Positions 33,761 to 45,995 are shown, counted from the first letter of the stretch. The stretch is 64,000 nt of DNA from Candidatus Stammera capleta (GCA_015140255.1 CP043993.1:143579-207578), one strand, 5' to 3'. Notes: a model not told the origin generated them from the sequence alone. Program-made: numbers and translations.

Positions 33761-35044
33761 ATGTTATGAAATTATTTAATAATTATTTTAACTATTAATT
33801 TATTAATATTTGTTCATGAATTAGGACATTATTTATGTATAAAATTTTTAAATTTTAAAATTAATAAATTTGTTGTAGGTTTAGGACCAAAATTATTTTC
33901 TTTTAAAAAAAATGATATATCATATGAATTTGGTATTTTACCTATAGGCGGATATGTTAATTCATCTAATTTATTTTTTTTTAATAATAATAAAAATTAT
34001 TATTTAAATTTTTTAAATAAAATAATTTTTTTATTAAAAATGTTTTTTATTTTTTTTTCTGGTCCATTTTTAAATTTGTTATTTAGTTGTTTATTTTTTT
34101 TTATATTTTTTTTTTGTTTTGGTATTAATGTTTCACTTCCTTTGTTAAAGGATAGTAATATTTTAATAAATAAACACGATTATTATAAAATTTTATCTAT
34201 TGATAATAATAAAATTTATGATTCTCATGATTTATTATATTTAATTAAAAAAAAATATAATAGAAATATTTATATAAAAATTTTAAATTTAAGTAATAAG
34301 AAGATATTTTTAATATTATTAAAAATAAATAAAAAAAATATCAATTCAATTTTAAGTTTTTTAATTCAAAATTATAATTTATATATATATAAAAATAAAA
34401 ATGAAAAATTAAGTAATATTTTTTTATATTACTTAAAAAATTGTGATATCATATATATGATTAATAATAGATTAATAATTAATAATAATTATATTAACTT
34501 TTTATTTAAAAAAACTTTTTTAAATTTTAAAAAAAAAATAAATTTAAAGTTAATTAGAAATAATCAATTTTTTAGTGTAGACATACCTATGTCCATTTGA
34601 AAAAAAGAAAAAAGAAGTAATTTTTTCTTTTTTAAAAAAGATTTTCTTTTTAAGAAAAAATGATCTTTGTTAAAAAGTATTATTTTTTCTTTAAATAAAG
34701 TTAATTTTTTAATTAAAAATATTTTAAAAATTTTAATAAATATTTTTTATAATTATAAATTTTTGTTAAACTTAAATAGTTCTTTATTTTTATTTAAAAA
34801 ATATATTTTTTTTGTAAATAATTTAAATAATTATTTATTTTTTTTGTCTTATTTAAATATTAATTTATTTATATTAAATTTATTACCTTTATTTCCTTTA
34901 GATGGAGGAATGTTATTATTTTGAATATTTAAATTGTTTTTTTATAAAGATATTGTTAAGTATTATTGTTATTTTAGTAATATTTTTTTATTATTTTTAT
35001 TATTTTTTGTATTTTTAAAAGATTTAATAATTATTTTTTATTAA
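33761..35044 (+). CDS. rseP: RIP metalloprotease RseP (site-2 protease)
   Basis: ML-W(TGA)-NYL...LIFVHELGHYLC (HExxH), ILPIGGYV, C-terminal NLLPLFPLDGG. All pieces in one frame, 427 aa. The PDZ region is very divergent. Confidence 0.85.
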
Positions 35045-35094
35045 AATTTTTAAAATTAATTTAATTTTTAAAAATTTATTGAAGTTATTTTAAG

Positions 35095-37398
35095 ATGAAT
35101 AAAATTTTTTTATGTATTTTTTTATGTTTTTTTTTCACAAAATCTTTTTGTGTTCAAAAATTTTATTTTAAAAATATTTTTTGAAATATAAAAAATGAAT
35201 TTGATATATCTAAATATGAGAAAATTTTATCAAAAAAATTTGGTAATTTTATTAAAGAAAAAAATATTTTTAGTATAATTAATTTTTTATATAAAATTGA
35301 TTTTTTTGATAAAATTAAGATATATAAATTTAATAAAAATTTATATATAAATTTACATTATAAACCTATTATAAATAATATTTTTATTATAGGAAATAAT
35401 ATATTATCAAATTCAGATATAATAATTTATTTAAAAAAATTTAATATTAAAAAAAATGCATTTTTAAATGATTTTTTAATTTTAAAAGTTAAAAATTTTA
35501 TATATAGAAAATATAGAAATTTAGGCATATATAATGTAAAAATTATTTTTAAAAAAATTTTTTTAAAAAATAAATTTTGTATTTTAAAAATTTATTTTTA
35601 TGAAAATAAATATTTAAATATAAAAAATATTTTTTTAAATAAAAAAACTTTTATAGTAAAAAAAAGAATTAATTTTTTTTATAGAAAAAATATTTTTCTT
35701 TTTAAAATATTTGGTACTTTTATAAATTTTAATTTAGATGATTTTATTGTATATTTAAATTTAATTAAAAAAAAATATTTAAATTATGGTTATTTTGATA
35801 TTGATATTAAAAAAATATATTTTATTTTTTTAAATAAAACAGATATAAACATAAAAATTTATTTATCAGAAGGTAAAAGATATAAAATACATGATTTATT
35901 TATTTATAGTAATAAAAATATTAAATTAGATAAAATTTTAAATAAAGTTAAATATATTTTTTTAAAAAACAATAAATATTATAAATATAATATATTAAAA
36001 AAAATTATTATATATATAAAAAAATTTTTTAAAGAAAATGGTTTTTTAAATGTTAAAATTGATTTGGATTATCAATTTATAGATTATGAAAAAATAATGA
36101 TTTTTTTATATATTAAATTAGATAAAATTTTTTATGTCAATAAAATTTTTTTTAAAAATATTAGTTTATATGAAAAGAAAATTTTATATAATAATATACC
36201 TAAAATAGAAAATAATTTATTTAATGAGTATTTAATTAATTTAGGTAAATTAAATTTAAAGAAAACTAATTTTTTTTCTTCTGTTGATTGAAAAAAAAAA
36301 AAATGTGTAGATAAAATTAATAAATTAGATATTATATATTTATTAGAAAAAAATAATGATAGTAAATTAAATTTTAATATAAATTATGATAAAAAAAATA
36401 ATTTAAATTATGAAGTTAGTTTATTAAAAAATAATTTTTTATATTTAGGGAATAATTTATTTATTAAAGGTATTAAAAATAATCTTTGAAATTATAGTGA
36501 AATTAATTTAATTAATCCTATTAATTATGTAAATAATTTTTATATTCAACATAAATTATTTTATAATTATATAATTAATAATTATTTTAAAAAATTTAAT
36601 TATGTACATTTAAATTATGGTTATAAAAATAATTTTTTATTTAAATTAGATAATTATTTTAAATATAAATTTGGTATATATTATATATATAATAATTTTT
36701 ACGTAAAAAAGAATATTTATTTTTCTAATGTAAAAAATAATTTAAATATTAAGAATACTAAAAATTTTTTAATAATAAATAATTTATATATTAATAAATT
36801 AGATAATAATATTTTACCTGAATATGGTTTTTATATTAATTTTAATAGTAAATTTACATTTTTAAATTTATATAAAAAATTTTATAATATATATATATCT
36901 TGATCAAAATATCTTTCTTTAAGTAAAGATAATAAATGAATATGATTTATACATAATTACTTAGATTATAGTAACGATTTTAAAAATGAAATTTTACCAT
37001 TTTATAAAAATTTAAATTTTTCCAGAGAAAGATTTTTACGTGTTTTTGACGAAAATATTAATTATATTAATAAAAAATATTTTTTAAATACTTATAAAAA
37101 TAATTTAATTTTTTTATTAACTAATGAATTAATAATACCTAATAAATTTTTATTATTAAATAATACTAATTTAAGTAAAAATATTCGTACTTCTTTTTTT
37201 ATTGATAGTGGTTTGAGTATAAATACAGGTTTATTAAATAAATTAAATTTTAAAGATTTTTTAAAAGTTTCTACAGGTATTTCTTTAAAATTTGTAACTT
37301 ATTTAGGTACTATTAATTTGTCTTATGGTTTTCCATTAATTAATAATATTAATGATAAAATAAATAGTTTTCAATTTAATATAGGTAATTTTTTTTAA
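35095..37398 (+). CDS. bamA: outer-membrane protein assembly factor BamA
   Basis: Signal-peptide-like MNKIFLCIFLCFFFTKSFC, repeated POTRA-like modules, and a C-terminal beta-barrel ending ..INSFQFNIGNFF. Pieces at 35095, 36064 and 37213 share one frame. 767 aa. Position rseP-bamA-skp as in E. coli. Confidence 0.85.
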
Positions 37399-37410
37399 TT
37401 TTGGTGATTT

Positions 37411-37893
37411 ATGAAAAAAATTTTTGTTTTATTTTTTTATTTTTGTTTTTTTTTAAATTCATTTGCATTAGGTAATTTAAAGTTTGCTGTTTTAGATTTT
37501 GAAAAAATTTTTAAAAATTCTTTTCAATATAAAAAAATTATAGATTCTATGAATTATAATTTTTATAAAAAATATTTAATTTTAAATAATGAAATTAATG
37601 ATTTAATTAAAGAGAAAAAGCAAAAAAATGATAATTATTATTTAAATGATATGATTAAAAATTCTTTTAATATTAAAAAAAAATATGTTTTTTTAAAAAT
37701 AAATAAATTGGAAAAAGAAATTAATAGTAAAAATATTAATATACATAATTTATTTATATATAAAATTAAAAAGATTATTAATTCTTTAATTAAAAAGAAT
37801 AAATATGATATTATTTTTGATAGTAACTCTATTTTTTATTATAATAAAAATATTTTTGATATAACTAATTATATAATTAATAAACTAAATTAG
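37411..37893 (+). CDS. skp: periplasmic chaperone Skp (OmpH)
   Basis: 160 aa with a signal-peptide-like N-terminus MKKIFVLFFYFCFFLNSFA and a coiled, Lys-rich body. Size and position directly after bamA fit Skp. Sequence similarity is weak. Confidence 0.75.
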   Translation: MKKIFVLFFYFCFFLNSFALGNLKFAVLDFEKIFKNSFQYKKIIDSMNYNFYKKYLILNNEINDLIKEKKQKNDNYYLNDMIKNSFNIKKKYVFLKINKLEKEINSKNINIHNLFIYKIKKIINSLIKKNKYDIIFDSNSIFYYNKNIFDITNYIINKLN

Positions 37894-37919
37894 TTTTTTT
37901 TATTAGAAATTAATTTTAT

Positions 37920-40900
37920 ATGTCTGAACCAAAATTTATACATCTAAATATTCATAGTGATTATTCTATACAAGATAGTCTATGTAAGATTGATAATATA
38001 GTTAAAAAATCTTTGGATTGTAATATGCCGTGTGTTGCTTTAACTGATTTTTTTAGTTTATCAGCAATAATTAAATTTATTAAATTATCTTATAATTATG
38101 GTATTAAACCTATAGTAGGTTCTGATATTTGTGTTTTATATAAAAATTATACATATAATATTACTTTATTAATAATGAATGAAATAGGTTATATTAATTT
38201 AATTAAATTAATTTCTTTATCTTATAAAAATAAATTTAAAAATAAAGGTAAACTTATAATAGATAATAATTTATTATTAAAATTTAATGATGGTTTAATA
38301 TTTTTATATTATATTAATTATGGTTATATAAATTATAGGAATTTTATTAACTATGATTTTTCAATTTTAGAAGAATATCTATGTCTTTTAAAAAAATATA
38401 TTTATGATAGATTATATATACAAATATTTAGAATTAATGCTTTAAATGAAAATAAATATTTAAATATTATTATTAATATAGCTAATTCTAATAATTTACC
38501 TTTAGTAGCTACTAATAAAGTTTTATTCTTTTGTAAAGAAGATTTTTATATACATAAAATAAGATCGGCAATTTACCATAATTGTTCTTTAAATAAAGTA
38601 AAATTATTTATAAATTATACTGATCAACAATATTTTAAAAATGAATATGAAATGTATAATTTATTTTCTGATATTCCTGAAGCACTATATAATAGTGTCC
38701 AGATAGCTAAGAAATGTAATTTTATTTTTAAAAAAAAAAAAATAATTTTACCTAAATATCCTTTTTCAAAAGAAAAATCTCATGTTTTATTAAAAAAATT
38801 AGTTTATAAAGGTTTATATAAAAGAATTAATTTTAGTGATGATAATAATTTAAAAAAAAAATATTTATTTCGAATTAAGAAAGAATTAAATATAATAAAT
38901 ATTTTAAATATTTCTGATTATTTTTTAATAGTAATGGAATTTGTAAAATGATCGAAATTAAATGATATTTGAGTTGGTCCTGGAAGAGGTTCTGGAGCAG
39001 GATCTTTAGTAGCTTATTTATTATTTATTACAGAAATTGATCCTTTAAAGTTTGGTTTAATTTTTGAAAGATTTTTAAATTTAGAAAGAATTTCAATGCC
39101 TGATTTTGATATAGATTTTTGTATGAATAAAAGAGATAAAGTTATATCTCATATAGAAAATATTTATGGTTATAATTGTGTAGCTCAAATAGTTACATTT
39201 AATACTTTAACTGCTAAATCTGTATTGAGAGATGTAGGTAGAGTATTAGGTTATTCATATAATTTTATTGATTATTTAGCTAAATTAATACCTTATGATA
39301 TTAATATAACTTTAAATAAAGCACTTCTTCAAGAATCTAAATTATTAGATATATATAATTCAGATATAGAGGTAAAAAAATTAATTGATATTTCTATTTG
39401 TTTAGAAGGTATTATTAAAGGTATAGGTAAACATGCTGGTGGTATTGTAATATCTTCTTCTAATGTATATAATTATTGTTCTTTATATTATGATGAAGAA
39501 TCTAAAAGGTTAGTTACTCAGTTAGATAAAAATGATATTGAATATGTTGGTTTAATTAAATTTGATTTATTAGGTTTAAGAACTTTAACCGTAATAAATA
39601 ATTCAATTAAAATGATTCGTAATAAATTAAATAGTAATTTTAATATTAATAATATATCACTTGATGATAAATTAAGCTTTAAATTATTAAAACAAGCTAA
39701 AACTGTTGCTGTTTTTCAATTAGAATCTATGGGTATGAGAGATTTAATTAAACGTTTAGAACCAGATAATTTTAATGAAATTATTGCTTTATTAGCTTTG
39801 TTTAGACCTGGACCTTTACAATCTGGTATGGTAGAAAATTTTATTAATCGTAAAAAAGGTAGAGAAAAAATTTATTATCCTGATGTAAAATGACAACATA
39901 AATTATTAATACCAATATTAAAATGTACTTATGGTATTATTTTATATCAAGAACAGGTAATGCAGATTGCTCAAGTTTTAGCTAATTACAATTTAGCTTT
40001 AGCAGATTCATTAAGAATGTCAATGAGTAAAAAAGATTATCATAAAATGAAATTACATAGAAAAATTTTTAAAAAAGGTTCTATATCTTTAGGTATAGAT
40101 TCAAAATTATCTATGAAAATTTTTTCTTTAATGGAAAATTTTTCTAGTTATGGTTTTAATAAATCTCATTCTGTAGCTTATTCTTTTTTAGCATATCAAA
40201 CTTTATGATTAAAAACTCATTTTACTTCTGAATATATGGCTTCTTATATGAATGCTGATATTGATAATATTAATAAAATAACTTTAATTATAAATGAAAG
40301 TAGAAAGATGGGTATTAAAATTATACCTCCTAATATTAATATTAGTAAATATTATTTTAGTATAAATAATCAAAATGAATTATTGTATGGTTTAGGAGCT
40401 ATAAAAGGTATTGGAAAAAGTTCTGTAGATTTAATTATTAAATTACGTAATAAATATGGTGATTTTAAAGATTTTATTAGTTTTTGTATTTTAACTTTTT
40501 CTAATAAGATTTCTAAATTAGTTTTAGAAAAATTAATTTATGCTGGTGCTTTTGATTTATTTAATATAAATCGTTCTATATTAATTAAAAATATTAAAAA
40601 AATTATGTTATTATCTAAATATAAACATAATGAATTATTTTGTAAACAATTATCTTTATTTGGAAATAAAAGTATTAATGAATTATTATTATATAAAAAA
40701 ATTACTAATATGTTACCTTTAAAAAATAAAGAATTTTTATTACATAAAGAAAAAGAAGTTTTAGGTTTATATATAACTGATCATCCTATACATAAATATA
40801 TTTTAGATATTTTAAAAAAATATAAAAATATTTACAGAATAAGAAATTTGTATTTTTTAAAAGTTAGAAAAAATATTTATATTTTTGGTTTAATAGTAAA

Positions 40901-41126
40901 CATAAAATTTTTGTTTACAAAGAATCGTAATCGTATATGTATATTAAGTATTGATGATAGTTCTGGTAGTTTAGAAGTAATTTTATTGAAAGATATATAT
41001 AATCAATATTCATCTTTAATTGAAATTAATAATATTATTATTATATTAGGTTTATTAAAATTTGAATTTAATAAATATAATATTTCTTTTTTAGCTAATA
41101 AAATTATTTTATATAATAAGGAGTAA
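37920..41126 (+). CDS. dnaE: DNA polymerase III subunit alpha
   Basis: PHP N-terminus [105 protein letters not shown]. Four track pieces in one frame. 1068 aa. Confidence 0.96.
41118..41123 (+). promoter_or_regulatory. Shine-Dalgarno (AAGGAG) for rpmB, embedded in the last codons of dnaE
   Basis: aaggag lies 9 nt upstream of the ATG at 41133. Confidence 0.55.
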
Positions 41127-41132
41127 ATATAT

Positions 41133-41342
41133 ATGTCTAGATTTTGTTTTGTTACAAAAAAAAGAACTTTATCAGGTAATAAAAGATCTTTTTCAATGAA
41201 TGCTAATAAAAAAAAATTTTTACCTAATTTACATAATAAGCGTTTTTGAATAAAAGAAAAAAAAAAATTTATTAAATTAAGAATTACAGCTAAAGGAATA
41301 AAAATAATTGATAAATTAGGTATAAATAAATTTTTAAAATAA
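41133..41342 (+). CDS. rpmB: 50S ribosomal protein L28
   Basis: [39 protein letters not shown](TGA)[22 protein letters not shown] parallels E. coli L28. Confidence 0.93.
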
Positions 41343-41368
41343 TTTCTTATAAATGAGGAAACAAGTAA

Positions 41369-41533
41369 ATGGGTAAAAGTAAAAGATTTAAAATTAAATT
41401 AATTTCTTCTTCTGGAAGCAGACATTATTATACTTCTACAAAAAGTAGAAGTAATTCTAAAAAAAAAATTTCTATAAAAAAATATGATCCTGTATTTAGA
41501 AAGCATTTTATTTATAATGAAAGTAAAATTTAA
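41369..41533 (+). CDS. rpmG: 50S ribosomal protein L33
   Basis: MGKSKRFKIKLISSSGSRHYYTSTKSRSNSKKKISIKKYDPVFRKHFIYNESKI parallels E. coli L33. GAGGA lies upstream. Confidence 0.92.
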   Translation: MGKSKRFKIKLISSSGSRHYYTSTKSRSNSKKKISIKKYDPVFRKHFIYNESKI

Positions 41534-41541
41534 TTTTTAAA

Positions 41542-41829
41542 TTATTTTAATAATTTTTTATTATTTTTTTTTATTATATACTTTTTATTTATTAAGATTT
41601 TATTTTTTTTATTAATTAATAAAGTAATATATTTTTTATCTTTTATTTTTATTATTTTACCTATTATACCTCCTTTGGTAATAATTTCATCATTAATTTT
41701 AACATTGTTAATTATATTTTTATGTTTTTGTTGTTTTTTTTTACGTGGATAAATTATCATACTATAAAGTAATACTATAAAAAGTATTACAGTACTTATA
41801 TTTAAGTAAAGATTAAATTTTCAATTCAT
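41542..41829 (-). CDS. yajC: preprotein translocase accessory subunit YajC
   Basis: MNW(TGA)KFNLYLNISTVILFIVLLYSMIIYPRKKKQQKHKNIINNVKINDEIITKGGIIGKI has the YajC architecture (TM segment, R-P-Q-x-K-R, GDEV.T.GG..G). Confidence 0.85.
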
Positions 41830-41830
41830 T

Positions 41831-42421
41831 TTATTTATATTTGTTTTTTAAAAAATTACATATTCCTTTATGATTAGGAATAATTCCCATATCACCTTTT
41901 TTTCATTGAGCTGGACAAACTTGTTGTTTTTTTGTGTTAAAATTTATTGCATCTATTAATCTTATAATTTCATCTATATTTCTACCTATTGGCAGATCAT
42001 TAATAGATTGATGTTTAATGATTTTATTTTTATTTATTATAAATGTTGCTCTTAATGATACACCTGTATTTTCTTCTCCTACATTATATTTTTTTTGTAT
42101 TTCTTTTTTTATATCTGATATAATTTTAAAATTTATTTTACCTATTCCTCCTTTATTTATAGGAGTTTTTTTTCATGCTATATGTGTATATACTGAATCT
42201 ATAGATACACCTAATAATTTTATTTTTCTTTTTTTAAATTTTTTAAATTGGTTATTAAATTCTAATATTTCTGATGGACAAACAAATGTAAAATCTAGTG
42301 GTCAAAAAAATAATACTGTATTTTTATTTTCTATTTCTTTTCAAAAATCTATTTTAATAATTTTATTATTTATATCTACCAATTCTGCTTGAAAATTAGG
42401 TGCTATTTTATTCACTAACAT
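41831..42421 (-). CDS. ahpC: typical 2-Cys peroxiredoxin (AhpC/TsaA family)
   Basis: Not in the ORF track because of four in-frame TGA. VLFFW(TGA)[15 protein letters not shown](TGA)[43 protein letters not shown](TGA)KKG. 196 aa. The plus-strand track ORF 42018-42392 is its antisense artefact. Confidence 0.9.
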
Positions 42422-42518
42422 TGTTTACTCCAATAATTTTAAATTTATATTTATCATGTATAATAATATCATTATAAATTATAATTAGTAATATTACGAA
42501 ATAATTTTATTTAAATTT

Positions 42519-43157
42519 ATGTATAATAAAAATTTTATTGTAGTAGAAGGTATAGATGGATCTGGTAAATCTACTTTGTGTCATTTTTTAGTAGATTTAT
42601 TAAATTGTATAGGTATTAAAAAAGTTTTATTAGTTCGTGATCCAGGAGGTAATTATTTTTCGGAAAAAATACGTAATTTAGTTTTATCGAGTAAAATAAA
42701 TTATTCTAATGTTTCTAAAAAATCTATTTTACTTATGATGTATGCTTCTAGAATTCAATTAATTGAAAAAACTATTATACCTGCTATAAATTCAGGATAT
42801 TATGTTGTATCTGATAGATTTCATTTAAGTACATTAGCATATCAAGGTTATGGTTGAAATGTTATAGATAAAAAATTAATTTATATATTAAATGAAAATT
42901 TTGTTAATTTTTATCCATATTTAACAATATATTTAGATATTTCTCCATTAATAGCTATAAAACGTTTATTATCTTTTAGAAAATTAGATTTTATTGAATC
43001 ACAAGGTATAGGATTTTTATATAGAATAGTTAGTTTTTATAGAAAATATTTTCGTAAAAGAAATAATGTAATTATATTAAATGGTAATTTAGATAAAAAA
43101 AAAGTATTTTTAGAATTAAAAAGTAAAATATTATCTTTATTTAAAAAATATAAATAA
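42519..43157 (+). CDS. tmk: thymidylate kinase
   Basis: FIVVEGIDGSGKST P-loop, VRDPGGN, SDRFHLSTLAYQGYGW(TGA). 212 aa. Confidence 0.92.
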
Positions 43158-43158
43158 A

Positions 43159-44115
43159 ATGTATCCATGATTAAAAGTTTTATATAAAAAAATAATTAAT
43201 TCTAAAATAATGTTATGTAAAAATTGTAATTTATTAATAGGCTATCCTTGTAATTTAGGAGTAAATTTATTAGTGTTTAAATTAGTTAAATGAATTTTAT
43301 GTTTAAAAAAGAAAAAATGTTTAAATTGTATTAATTGTAATTTATTAAAATTTAATAATCATCCGAATTTTATTATTATTGATAATAAAAATTTAAATAT
43401 TTCTTTTATAAAAGAAATAGTTCTTTTTTTAAATAAAAGTCTATATTTTAGTGTTTTTAAAATTATTTATTTTATAAATTTTAATTTTACTAATTCTTTT
43501 GTATTTAATTATCTTTTAAAATTAATGGAGGAACCAAATTATAAATTAATATTAGTATTTTCTTATTTGAATTCTATTAATATTCCTCTTACGTTTTTAA
43601 GTAGATGTCAAAGATATAATTTATATGCTCCTAAAGAATTATTTATATATAAATGAATAAATAATAATTTAAATAATACTAATTACAGTAAATTAAATAT
43701 ATTAACTTCTATACGTTTAAATCATAATTCTCCTTTAGATTCAATATTTTTTTTAAAAAATAAGTGACTACTAAGAATGAATATTTTAAATATGATAAAA
43801 AATATTTTTAATATAAGTGTTACAAGTTTAATAAATATATTAAATAATTCTTTTATTAAGTTTAATTTATATCTTTTATATACTATTTTTTTAGATATTT
43901 TAAATTATAAATATACTGATAAAATATATAATATCGATTCACAAAATGTATTAAAAAATATAAAAAAAAAAATTTGTATTAAAAATATTAATTTAATATT
44001 AAAAAAAATAATTTTTTGCATTAATGATTTAAATAATAATTTAAATTTAAATATAAATATATTAGTTTATAATATATCATATAATATATATTATTTAATT
44101 AATAAAAAAAAATAA
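43159..44115 (+). CDS. holB: DNA polymerase III subunit delta'
   Basis: MYPW(TGA)LK start (E. coli MRWYPWL), Cys-rich C..C..C..C segment, LLKLMEEP, and LSRCQRY (compare LRSRC). One frame with track ORF 43777-44115. tmk-holB-ycfH order as in E. coli. Confidence 0.82.
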
Positions 44116-44127
44116 TGGTATATAATA

Positions 44128-44919
44128 ATGTTATTAGTTGATTCTCATTGTCATCTTGATATTTTAATGAATTTTAAAAAAAAATATAAAAATATTAATA
44201 AATTAATAAATTTATTTAAAAAAAATAAGTTTTTGTATTTATTAACTATATCTACTAATATTAAAAATTTTTTTAGTATTTTTAGTATGTTTTCATATAT
44301 AGATATTATTAAATTATCTTGTGGTATACATCCTCTTTATATTGAAACTGTTACTAATAGTGATTATTTAGATTTAGAAAAATTTGTTTCTTATAAAAAA
44401 GTTATTGCTGTTGGTGAAACTGGTTTAGATTATAAAATAAATATTAAAAAAAATATAAAAAAAAAACAAATAGATCTTTTTATTTATCATTTATATTTAG
44501 CTAATAAATATAGAAAACCTTGTATTATTCATTCAAGAAATTCTTATAATGATACTTTAAATATTATTAAAAAATTTAATATTAATTTATTTGGTGCTGT
44601 TATACATTGTTATAGTTATTTTAAAAAAAAAGTTTTATTTAAATTTTTAGATTGTGGTGTTTATATATCTATTTCTGGATTAATAACTTATAAAAATAAT
44701 TTTTTATTACAAAAAATTATAAAGTATATTCCTTTAGATAAATTATTAGTTGAAACAGATTCTCCTTATTTGACACCTTATCCTTATAGAGGGAGTATCA
44801 ATAATCCTTCTAAAATTATATTTACATTTAAACAAATTTCTAAACTTAAAAAAATTAGTTTTTATAAAATATTAAAAATTAATATAAATAATTTTTTAAA
44901 TTTATTTAATATTTTTTAG
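44128..44919 (+). CDS. ycfH: TatD-family metal-dependent hydrolase YcfH
   Basis: MLLVDSHCHLD, GIHPL, AVGETGLDY, PCIIHSR, IHCYS, YISISG, LLVETDSPYLTP. Stop is TAG. Confidence 0.92.
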   Translation: MLLVDSHCHLDILMNFKKKYKNINKLINLFKKNKFLYLLTISTNIKNFFSIFSMFSYIDIIKLSCGIHPLYIETVTNSDYLDLEKFVSYKKVIAVGETGLDYKINIKKNIKKKQIDLFIYHLYLANKYRKPCIIHSRNSYNDTLNIIKKFNINLFGAVIHCYSYFKKKVLFKFLDCGVYISISGLITYKNNFLLQKIIKYIPLDKLLVETDSPYLTPYPYRGSINNPSKIIFTFKQISKLKKISFYKILKININNFLNLFNIF

Positions 44920-45787
44920 TTGTTTTTTTTTAACTATAAAAATTTGATATTTTTTTTTTTTTATTTTAATTCAATTAATTTTGATTAATTTATTTTTTTT
45001 TATAATTATTTTTTTTTGATGTCCTGTTTCACATATTAAGTATCCTTTTTTATTTAAATATTTATATGATCTACTAATTATTTTTTGTATTAAATAAGTT
45101 CCTTTATCTTTACTTATTAAAGATATTTTAGGTTCATAAGAATATTCTTTTGGTAAATATTTTATATCTTTTTTATTTATATATGGTGGGATTACTAATT
45201 ATAAGATCATATTTATTTTTTATTTTTTCAAATAAATTTGATTTAATTAATTTAATTTGTTTTTTTTTTTTATGAATTAAAATATTTTTTTTAGCTATTT
45301 TAAGTGCTTTTTTTGATATATCTATGGCATCTATTTTAGACTCAGGAAATATATATGCACAACATATAGCTATACATCCACTACCAGTACATAAGTCTAA
45401 TATTTTTTTTGGATAATATTTTTTTTTAATAAATTGAAATTTATTTTTTATTATTTCAGATATAGGTGATCTAGGTATGATAACTCTATTATCAATATAA
45501 AATTTTTTATTACAAAATCATGTATTTTTAGTTAAATAAGCTATAGGTATTTTTTTTTTTATTCTTAATTTAGCTAATTTAATAATTTTATTTCTTTGTT
45601 TTTTTGTTATTTTATAATATTTAATTGTATTAATTTTTTTATTTATATTTATTTTTAATATTGAATATATTAAATGTATAGTTTCTGTATAATAATTATA
45701 TGTTCCATGACCATAATATATATTATTATGTTTAAATAGTCTATTGCAATATTTGATTAAATTTAATAAAAATAATTTATTTTTCAT
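44902..45787 (-). pseudogene. prmB: 50S ribosomal protein L3 glutamine N5-methyltransferase PrmB, with the reading frame broken by one extra nucleotide inside the NPPY motif (a pseudogene, or dependent on a +1 frameshift)
   Basis: The 5' frame from ATG 45787 reads ..IYYGHGTYNYYTE.., IPIAYLTKNTW(TGA)FCNKKFYIDNRVIIPRSPISE, ILDLCTGSGCIAICCAY, KYDLIISN-P-T-I-Y-K-stop (TAA at 45173-45175). The +1 frame continues PPYINKKDIKYLPKEYSYEPKISL...GYLICETG to TAA at 44902-44904. The junction on the minus strand is AGT AAT CCC ACC ATA T (plus strand 45181-45196); removing one C gives AAT CCA CCA TAT = NPPY. Confidence 0.8.
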
Positions 45788-45830
45788 ATTTATATAATAT
45801 AATAATATATATATAATTTGTATATTTATT

Positions 45831-45911
45831 ACGGAAGTGGCGAAATTGGTAGACGCACTAGAATTAGGGTCTAGTACTTTATGTGTGCGAGTTCAAATCT
45901 CGTCTTCCGTA
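45831..45911 (+). tRNA. tRNA-Leu (anticodon UAG)
   Basis: ACGGAAGTGGCGAAATTGGTAGACGCACTAGAATTAGGGTCTAGTACTTTATGTGTGCGAGTTCAAATCTCGTCTTCCGTA. Resembles E. coli leuW. Long variable arm. Confidence 0.9.
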
Positions 45912-45919
45912 TTTTGTAG

Positions 45920-45990
45920 TGGGGTATAGCCAAGTGGTAAGGCATCGGGTTTTGATCCCGAGATCCCAGGTTCAAATCCTGGTACCCCGG
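45920..45990 (+). tRNA. tRNA-Gln (anticodon UUG)
   Basis: TGGGGTATAGCCAAGTGGTAAGGCATCGGGTTTTGATCCCGAGATCCCAGGTTCAAATCCTGGTACCCCGG. Resembles E. coli glnU. Confidence 0.92.
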
Positions 45991-45995
45991 TAAAA

